Origin: Spirochaetia bacterium
Lineage (GTDB): Bacteria > Spirochaetota > Spirochaetia > SZUA-6 > Bin103
Direction of reading: 5' to 3'
Assembly (NCBI GenBank): GCA_965203055.1
Contig: OZ241863.1
Location: 4,493,820-4,557,819, forward strand
Length of the DNA stretch: 64,000 nucleotides
In this document: positions 43,575-50,682 of the stretch, one piece after another
How positions within the stretch are numbered: the first letter of the stretch is position 1
Layout of the letters: each line of letters opens with the position of its first letter
Made by a program: the position numbers and the translations under genes
Notes under the pieces: generated by a model
The model's input: the letters and a program-made list of their open reading frames with translations, nothing else
What the model was told of the DNA's origin: nothing
The model's database searches: none

Positions 43575-44537
43575 ATGACGGATCCGCGGCGCGGCGGGAA
43601 GGTGCGGCTGTACACTCATGCGGCCTGCGCCGGGCATGACCCCGGCCGCGGGCACCGCGAGCGCCCGGAGCGTCTGGCGGCCATCGCCGCCGCGCTGGAT
43701 GCCGCCGGTCTGGCCGAACGGCTGCAGCGGTGCGAGCCGCGGCCCGCGCCGCGGGCGGCCCTCGAACGGGTGCACGCCGCCTCCTACGTGGAAATGATCC
43801 TGGGCCTGCGCGGCCGCAGCCGGCGGCTGGACGCCGACACCGTGGTGGGACCGGGCAGCGTGGACGCGGCGCTCCATGCCGCCGGCGCGGCCCTGGACGC
43901 CGCCGCGGCGGTGCTTGCCGGCGACGCCCGCGCGGCGCTGTGCGCGGTACGCCCGCCCGGGCATCATGCGGAACGCGACCGCGCGATGGGTTTTTGCCTG
44001 TTCAACAACGTTGCGGCAGCGGCCGCGGCGGCGTTGGCCGGGCCGCTGCAGCGTGTGCTGGTGTTCGATCCGGACGTGCATCACGGCAACGGTATCCAGC
44101 ACCTGTTCTACCGGTCGCCGGCCGTGTACTACGTCTCGATCCACCAGTACCCCTTCTACCCCGGCACCGGCGCCGCCGGCGAGCGGGGGGCCGGCGCCGG
44201 CCTCGGCTACACCCTCAACCTGCCGCTGCCCGCGGGCTCGGGCGACGACGAATACCTGGCCGCGAGCGAACGGCAGGTGCTGCCGGCGCTGCGCGCCTTC
44301 GCCCCGCAGTTGGTGATCGTTTCCGCCGGTTTCGACGCCCACCACAGCGATCCGCTGGGAATGATGCGCGTTTCCACCGCCGGCTTCACCGCGATGTACC
44401 GGTTGTTGCTCGATGAGTTGGACCGGCTGCGCGTTCCCCACCTGTTCGTGCTGGAGGGCGGCTACCACCTCGCCGCGCTCGGCGAGTGCGTGGCGGCTCT
44501 GCTTGCCGAGCTGACCGCCCGCTACCAGCCGCGCTGA
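43575..44537 (+). CDS. Zn-dependent histone-deacetylase family protein
   Basis: ERPER, RPPGHHA, GFCLFNN, DVHHGNG, SAGFD, LEGGY. Confidence 0.95.
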   Translation: MTDPRRGGKVRLYTHAACAGHDPGRGHRERPERLAAIAAALDAAGLAERLQRCEPRPAPRAALERVHAASYVEMILGLRGRSRRLDADTVVGPGSVDAALHAAGAALDAAAAVLAGDARAALCAVRPPGHHAERDRAMGFCLFNNVAAAAAAALAGPLQRVLVFDPDVHHGNGIQHLFYRSPAVYYVSIHQYPFYPGTGAAGERGAGAGLGYTLNLPLPAGSGDDEYLAASERQVLPALRAFAPQLVIVSAGFDAHHSDPLGMMRVSTAGFTAMYRLLLDELDRLRVPHLFVLEGGYHLAALGECVAALLAELTARYQPR

Positions 44538-44587
44538 CGCTTCCGGCGGTGCGCCGGCGCTCCCCCCCGCCGGCCCGTGGCGGGCGG

Positions 44588-44616
44588 TTGATGGCGGCTC
44601 GGTATCTCCGTAGACT
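44588..44616 (+). promoter_or_regulatory. Sigma70 promoter, probably leaderless, for the HEAT-Rieske-cyt b genes
   Basis: TTGATG-N17-TAGACT, 7 nt before ATG 44624. Confidence 0.6.
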
Positions 44617-44623
44617 GCCGGCG

Positions 44624-45589
44624 ATGGATACCGCCGACCAGCGGCCTGAAGTGTCCGTGCCCGACTACCGCGGCAACGGCATGCCGGAACCGGCGGCCGC
44701 CTCCGGCGGCGGCAACGGCGCCACCCCGGAGGCCGAGGCCAAGCCGCCGGAGCAGCGCTCGTTCATCAGCGTCATCATCCACTCGTTCTTCATCATCCCG
44801 TTTCTGATCGCGGTGTTCGCCGGGCTGCTGTTGGTCACTTGGCGGATCCTGACCAACGAGCCGCATACGGTGTACGACTATCTCGCCGACGTGAAGGTCG
44901 GCGGCGCCACCAAGCGCTGGCAGGCGGCGTTCGAACTGTCCAAGATCCTGGCCGACCCGGAACGGGTGCCGGCCGAGCAGCGCTTCGTGGCCGAGATGAT
45001 GGCGGTCTTCGAGGCTTCCGAACGGGACGACCCGCGGGTCCGCCAGTACTTGGCGCTGGCCATGGCGCAGGCGGGCAATGAGGCGTTCCTGGAGCCGATC
45101 GGCGCCGCGCTGGCGGAGGAGTCGGAGGGAACCCGCTTCATGCTGCTGGTGGCGCTGGGTATGTTTGGCAGCGAGGCGGTGCTGCCGCAGGTGCTGCCCT
45201 ACCTGACCGACGAGTCGGGGCGGGTGCGCTCCGGGGCGGCTACCGCCCTGGGACTGGCCGGCAACCGGGCCGCGCTGGAGCCGCTGCAGCGCGCGCTGCA
45301 CGATCCCGAACCGGCGGTGACCTGGGACGCCGCCCTGGCGTTGGCCCGTCTGGGCGACCTGGGCGGCAAGGCGATCCTGCTGGCGCTGCTCGACCGCGGG
45401 CATCTGGGGCAGTTCCCGAACGTGGACGATAGAGACCAGAATCTGCTGATGGCTACGGTGATCAAGGCGGTCGCGGGGTTCGCCGATCCCGAGCTGGAGG
45501 CGCGCGTTGCCGCGCTGGCGCGAGATGACCCAAGTTTGGACGTGCGGCGAATTGCACAGCAGGCGGTAAGTAATTATGGTAAGCGTTGA
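44624..45589 (+). CDS. Membrane-anchored HEAT-repeat protein
   Basis: One TM helix then HEAT/PBS repeats (RVRQYLALAM, RVRSGAATALG, VTWDAALALA, DVRRIA). Confidence 0.85.
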   Translation: MDTADQRPEVSVPDYRGNGMPEPAAASGGGNGATPEAEAKPPEQRSFISVIIHSFFIIPFLIAVFAGLLLVTWRILTNEPHTVYDYLADVKVGGATKRWQAAFELSKILADPERVPAEQRFVAEMMAVFEASERDDPRVRQYLALAMAQAGNEAFLEPIGAALAEESEGTRFMLLVALGMFGSEAVLPQVLPYLTDESGRVRSGAATALGLAGNRAALEPLQRALHDPEPAVTWDAALALARLGDLGGKAILLALLDRGHLGQFPNVDDRDQNLLMATVIKAVAGFADPELEARVAALARDDPSLDVRRIAQQAVSNYGKR

Positions 45590-45626
45590 CGGCGGCGTAC
45601 CGAGCCGGGAACCAGAGTAGAGGACG

Positions 45627-46433
45627 ATGAACCAACCAGACGCGAAGGCCGGTAGCGGCCCCCAGGCGCCGAAGCCGCGGAACGCGGGCGCGGCGGGCGG
45701 TTCCGAAGCGGGCGCGGAAGCGCCGGGCGGCGGCGCGCCGCAAGCTGCCGCGCAGAGCGACCCGGCCCCGGCCGCCGCAGCAGCGGCCGAGACCGGAACG
45801 GCCCGCGGCGCCGGTGCGCGCCGCGCCGCGGGCGCAGGCGGTGCGCGTGCGGCCGGCGCCCGGGCCGCGCGCGCCGGTGCCGGCGCCCGCTCCACCGCGG
45901 CGGTGAGCCCGCGTTCCGGCGGCGCCGCCGCGTCCGCCGGGACCGGCGACGTGTCGCGGCGCGGCTTTCTTTCCTGGATCAGCGCCGGTTGGCTGGCGTT
46001 CGCGGCGCTGACCGCCGGCACCCTGATCGGCACCGTGCGCTATCTGTTTCCCAACGTGCTGTTCGAGCCGCCGCAGACCTTCCGCGCCGGGTTTCCCGAG
46101 GAATACACCGTGGGCGACGTGTCGACCCGCTTCAAGGATCAGTTCGGAGTGTGGATCGTGCGTTCGACCACCGAGATCTACGTGCTGTCCACCATCTGCA
46201 CGCACCTCGGCTGCACGCCGAACTGGCTGGACGGCGAGCAGAAGTTCAAGTGCCCGTGCCACGGCAGCGGGTTTCGCAAGACCGGCATCAACTTCGAGGG
46301 TCCGGCGCCGCGCCCGCTGGAGCGCTACCGCGTGGCGCTGGCCGACGACGGCCAGATCCTGGTGGACAAGACGCGCAAGTATCAATGGGAGAAGGGCGAA
46401 TGGAGCGATCCCGAGTCGTTCCTGGCGGTATAG
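45627..46433 (+). CDS. Rieske [2Fe-2S] subunit of a Rieske/cytochrome b complex
   Basis: Tat motif SRRGFL and TM helix; CTHLGC and CPCHGS; GPAPRPL; Ala/Gly-rich N-terminal extension. Confidence 0.95.
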   Translation: MNQPDAKAGSGPQAPKPRNAGAAGGSEAGAEAPGGGAPQAAAQSDPAPAAAAAAETGTARGAGARRAAGAGGARAAGARAARAGAGARSTAAVSPRSGGAAASAGTGDVSRRGFLSWISAGWLAFAALTAGTLIGTVRYLFPNVLFEPPQTFRAGFPEEYTVGDVSTRFKDQFGVWIVRSTTEIYVLSTICTHLGCTPNWLDGEQKFKCPCHGSGFRKTGINFEGPAPRPLERYRVALADDGQILVDKTRKYQWEKGEWSDPESFLAV

Positions 46434-46460
46434 GATGAACACGAGGAGTAACGCGATCTG

Positions 46461-47312
46461 ATGGCTGACACCGAAACCCGTCCGCCGCGCGGCAAAGCCG
46501 CGCGCGGCGGCGGCCGGGGCTCTGGCGGCGGCAAGGGGCCGGGGCCGCTGCAGTGGCTGGCCGAATCACAGGTAATCAAGTCGATCTTCCGCACCGGCAT
46601 CCCGCGCACCCGCCGGCAGCGCATGATGGGGGTGCTCAACAACGTCTTTCTGCACCTCCATCCGGTGCGCCTGCCCAAGCACGCGGTCAAGGTGAAGTAC
46701 ACCTGGTGCATGGGAGGGCTCTCCTTCTTCATCTTCCTGGTGCTGACCATCACCGGCATCCTGCTGATGTTCTACTACCGGCCCACGGTGGAAGCCGCCT
46801 ACGGCGACATCATCGACCTCGGCTCGCAGGTGCCGTTGGGGATCATGCGCGAGATCCATCGCTGGGGCGCCCACCTGATGGTGATCACCGTGTGGCTGCA
46901 CATGTTCCGGGTGTTCATGACCGGCTCCTACAAGCCGCCGCGCGAATTCAACTGGTTGATCGGCGTTCTGCTGCTCACGCTGACCATGTTCCTGAGCTAT
47001 ACCGGCTACCTGCTGCCGTGGGACCAGCTCGCCATCTGGGCGGTCACGGTAGGCGCCAACATGGCGCGCGCGGCCCCGTTCCTGGGCCACGAAGGACCGG
47101 GCGCGTCGCTGCTGTCGATCGGCGACGTCAACTTCGTGCACGCCGGCGCCGACGCCAAGTTCGCGCTGCTCGGCGGCCGTTTTCTGGGAGAGGCCACGCT
47201 GCTGCGCTTCTACGTGCTGCACTGCATCGGCGTGCCGTTCATCGTCATGATCCTGATGATCGTTCACTTCTGGCGCATCCGGAAGGACGGCGGGATTTCA
47301 GGGCCCACCTGA
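46461..47312 (+). CDS. Cytochrome b6-like (N-terminal four-helix) subunit
   Basis: WCMGG, TGILLMFYY, heme ligands H-x13-H and H-x14-H, TGYLLPWDQ. Confidence 0.95.
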   Translation: MADTETRPPRGKAARGGGRGSGGGKGPGPLQWLAESQVIKSIFRTGIPRTRRQRMMGVLNNVFLHLHPVRLPKHAVKVKYTWCMGGLSFFIFLVLTITGILLMFYYRPTVEAAYGDIIDLGSQVPLGIMREIHRWGAHLMVITVWLHMFRVFMTGSYKPPREFNWLIGVLLLTLTMFLSYTGYLLPWDQLAIWAVTVGANMARAAPFLGHEGPGASLLSIGDVNFVHAGADAKFALLGGRFLGEATLLRFYVLHCIGVPFIVMILMIVHFWRIRKDGGISGPT

Positions 47313-47313
47313 C

Positions 47314-48420
47314 GTGCTCAAGCAATTCTTCAACTGGGTCTCCAACCCGGCCATCCTGTTCACGATCTTCATCGTCGGGTTCTTCTTCATCTTCCCACCC
47401 GGCGGCAAGCTGTACCGGCTCAACCGGCGCCTGAAGCTGGACCGGCTGTGGACGCCGGCCGGCGGGGCGGTGTTCTTCGCGTTGCTGGCGATCTTCTTCC
47501 TGTGGGGCATCACCGACCCCAACTTTCGCCTCATCGTGTTCAAGCCGGACAACATCCCGATCACGGCGCTGCTGTTCCTGGTGCCGTTCTTCCTCTGGTA
47601 TTCCATGAAGCAGGCGCGCGAGAACGACCTGCGCGCGGAGAAGGGCGAGCCGCCGCAGGAGGCGCTGGACAACGAGAAGGTGCTGGTGTGGCCCGACCTG
47701 GTGTACGTGGAGTTCATCTCCCTGATCCTGTCGATGGCCCTGATGATCGTCTGGTCGCTGTTCCTCAAGGCGCCGCTGGAGGAGCCGGCCAACCCGACCG
47801 TGTCGCCCAACCCCTCCAAGGCGCCGTGGTACTTCCTCGGCCTGCAGGAGATGCTGGTCTACTACGACCCGTGGCTGGCCGGGGTGGTGCTGCCGACGCT
47901 GATCATCGTCGGTCTGGTCGCCATCCCCTACATGGACATCAACGCCGGCGGACAGGGGTTCTACAGCTTTCGGCCGCGCATGAAGGCGATCAGCATCTTC
48001 CTGTTCGGCTTCGTGGTGCTGTGGATCTTCCTGATCCTGGTGGGCACCTTCCTGCGCGGTCCCAACTGGAACTTCTTCGGGCCGTTCGAGTTCTGGGATC
48101 CCAACAAGCGCGAGGTGCTGAACAACGTCAACCTTTCCGAATACATCTACATCTTCCTGCTCGGCACGGGCCTGCCGGAAAACATTCTGGTGCGGGAGCT
48201 GTTCGGGATTCTGTTGATACTGGGGTACTTCGCCATCGTCCCGGGATTGCTGGCGCAGACCGTCTTCAAGCGCATGTTCCAGCGCCTCGGGGTGGTGCGC
48301 TACAGCTTCTTCATCGTGTTGCTGCTGATGGGCCTGGCACTGCCGATCAAGATGTATACGCGCTGGCTGTTCAACCTGAAGTACATCGTCTCGATCCCGG
48401 AGTTCTTCCTGAACGTATGA
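47314..48420 (+). CDS. Subunit IV-like cytochrome b C-terminal protein with extra TM helices
   Basis: VWPDL, PLEEPANP..SPNPSKAPWYF (PEWY-equivalent), IPYMD. Confidence 0.88.
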   Translation: MLKQFFNWVSNPAILFTIFIVGFFFIFPPGGKLYRLNRRLKLDRLWTPAGGAVFFALLAIFFLWGITDPNFRLIVFKPDNIPITALLFLVPFFLWYSMKQARENDLRAEKGEPPQEALDNEKVLVWPDLVYVEFISLILSMALMIVWSLFLKAPLEEPANPTVSPNPSKAPWYFLGLQEMLVYYDPWLAGVVLPTLIIVGLVAIPYMDINAGGQGFYSFRPRMKAISIFLFGFVVLWIFLILVGTFLRGPNWNFFGPFEFWDPNKREVLNNVNLSEYIYIFLLGTGLPENILVRELFGILLILGYFAIVPGLLAQTVFKRMFQRLGVVRYSFFIVLLLMGLALPIKMYTRWLFNLKYIVSIPEFFLNV

Positions 48421-48476
48421 TGGAGGAGTGATTTCTAGACGGGATTGACCTTGATGTTTCTGAGTGTGATTACCGC

Positions 48477-49799
48477 ATGTATCTGCTCGTCGCTGTCAGG
48501 TACCACCTGGTTCCCGTAGCAAGACGCATCCTCAAGAGAACAAGCGCCTTTACCTTCGCGGCGTATATTCCCATCGCGATGTTGACAGGGTATGGGTATT
48601 GGCGATACGGCGTCGCGGTTCAGCAATTGCCGGACCTGCCGTTGTCGTTGCCGATGGCACGCCTCGGTACGTTGCTCGGTCTGGTACCGATCTTGTTTAT
48701 CCGTACACCGGTGACACGCGGAGCCTCCATATTTCATTCCATGGCGACCGAAGAGCCGACCATGGCCCTCAAGATAATGATATTGCGCAACCTTGGTTCA
48801 AGGTGCGCATATGTTCTATTGCTGGTTCTCGGAGCAGCCCCGTTCGTCGTTCGTCTCTCTGACTCCCTGGAGCAGTCGATTCTTCACTTGGTCAGTGACG
48901 GGGTGTACGTAGTCATCTACTGCGCCGCCGTGACTCTGATCGATTGCGCGAGTACCGGGCGCCCCAGGTATAGAATTGCGCTGCTGCTTTGCGTTCTGTC
49001 GTTGGTCGGAATCGAGACTCTGTTGCTGTTCTACCGGCCCTGGGCCGACGTCGTCAGCGTTGCGCTGAACGTTACCGTGGTCGGTGTCTGTTGGACGCGG
49101 TATATCCCGCGTATGAAACCCGTGCTGATTCAGGAATACTTCAACGGACTGGTAGCCATCACTGACAGGAAGCGACGTCGACTTCGCGGTATCCTTGATG
49201 CCGTCGGTGTAGAAACAAAAGTGTATCTGAAGAGTTTCCTGCTAACGGCCAATTCCGTAATTCCCATCGTTGCGGCACTTGCGGTATACGTGGGCCTGGT
49301 CGTGTTCCTGATTCGCGGAACACAGCAGGATGAACCGCTGTCGAGCGTCATGGTGCTGGGATTCGGCGCCTCGTTCTTCTACAGCAACATATTGATCGAG
49401 AACTTCCGCAACTTCAATCTCATGTTCATCAAGATGAGCCCGGTTACGTTCTTTCGCCTTACCAGGTCGATACTCACACCTCACTGTATCATAGTCGGCC
49501 TGTCTACTGCGGTGATCGTGGTATTGCTCACGCTGCTTGGCATGGCGCAGTGGACACCAGCCCTGCTATTGATCTCTTACGTGGTATTTCTTCCGACGCT
49601 TTCCTGGTCAGTTGCAATGAGATTCTTGAACAGTCGTATATTGGGTGGCCTGTACAACGCCGTGTTGGCACTCGGCGGACTCGTACTATCGGTGGTTGCG
49701 CCTGCGGTATACGTGCTGTATGCAGTAGTCACAGGGGTATTCATGTATCGTCGAGGTATGCGGAGATACGCCGCCTTGACCGTGGAAGATTGGGCATGA
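48477..49799 (+). CDS. Polytopic membrane protein, probable ABC exporter permease (lower GC)
   Basis: Many hydrophobic helices in two halves; ATGA overlap with ABC ATPase. Confidence 0.7.
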   Translation: MYLLVAVRYHLVPVARRILKRTSAFTFAAYIPIAMLTGYGYWRYGVAVQQLPDLPLSLPMARLGTLLGLVPILFIRTPVTRGASIFHSMATEEPTMALKIMILRNLGSRCAYVLLLVLGAAPFVVRLSDSLEQSILHLVSDGVYVVIYCAAVTLIDCASTGRPRYRIALLLCVLSLVGIETLLLFYRPWADVVSVALNVTVVGVCWTRYIPRMKPVLIQEYFNGLVAITDRKRRRLRGILDAVGVETKVYLKSFLLTANSVIPIVAALAVYVGLVVFLIRGTQQDEPLSSVMVLGFGASFFYSNILIENFRNFNLMFIKMSPVTFFRLTRSILTPHCIIVGLSTAVIVVLLTLLGMAQWTPALLLISYVVFLPTLSWSVAMRFLNSRILGGLYNAVLALGGLVLSVVAPAVYVLYAVVTGVFMYRRGMRRYAALTVEDWA

Positions 49800-50530
49800 T
49801 CGAGCTGCGCGCCGTAGACAAGAAGTATGATTCAGGTAAGGGAGTTTTCAATCTTGATTTCTCTCTCGACACGGGCATTACCGGGTTCCTGGGGCGTAAT
49901 GGCTCCGGGAAGACGACGACGATGCGGCTCATCATGGGGTTGCTCCGTCCCGACGCAGGAAAGGTGCTGGTCGACGATCGCGACCTGTGGCAGTTTGACC
50001 ATATATTCGCGCTGAAGAAGAATCTCGGCTATCTCCCCAATGAGGACTACTTCTTCGACCGTCTCTCGGGGCGCGAGAACCTGGAGTATCTCAGTCTGAT
50101 GAAGACTGCTGATCGGGACGCATATACTGCTCTTGATGACTTCATGAGGCGACTCGAAGTGGACACGTACATTGATGACGAGTTCGGCAGCTATTCGACG
50201 GGGATGCGAAAGAAGGTCCAGTTCATTGGATCGCTCATAGGCGATCCAACCCATATCCTGCTCGATGAACCGCATAGCGGGCTCGACGTGCTGGCTGGAA
50301 TTGCATTGAGGGACACGTTGATTGAGCTTCGCAGCAGGGGGGCCGCGATATTCATGAGCAGCCATGTCCCGGAAGTCTTCGATACGCTTGCCGACAGGCT
50401 GCTGGTCATCGATCGCGGGCGAATCGTGGTTCAACATGATGCTCCCTATCCGGCGAGGTCAGTCGACTTGTACCTGCGGGCGATCTCGGCTCCTCCGGCA
50501 TCCGATCTGCATGCCAATGGCGCGCGCTGA
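49796..50530 (+). CDS. ABC transporter ATP-binding protein (exporter type)
   Basis: GRNGSGKTT, YSTGM signature, LLDEP, SSH. Confidence 0.92.
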   Translation: MIELRAVDKKYDSGKGVFNLDFSLDTGITGFLGRNGSGKTTTMRLIMGLLRPDAGKVLVDDRDLWQFDHIFALKKNLGYLPNEDYFFDRLSGRENLEYLSLMKTADRDAYTALDDFMRRLEVDTYIDDEFGSYSTGMRKKVQFIGSLIGDPTHILLDEPHSGLDVLAGIALRDTLIELRSRGAAIFMSSHVPEVFDTLADRLLVIDRGRIVVQHDAPYPARSVDLYLRAISAPPASDLHANGAR

Positions 50531-50570
50531 GGCCGTCATGCCTGCCGCGGGCTGCCCTAGGGGGTGGCTA

Positions 50571-50599
50571 TTGCAGACTTCGGGCGAATTGGCTATGGT
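50571..50599 (+). promoter_or_regulatory. Putative sigma70 promoter of the octaheme cytochrome gene
   Basis: TTGCAG-N17-TATGGT. Confidence 0.55.
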
Positions 50600-50682
50600 C
50601 GTAGATAGACGTGGGGCCGCTCGTGGCGACCGACGCCTCCGGGCGGACCCACACGAGACCAGAGGCTCTACCTAAAGAGATT

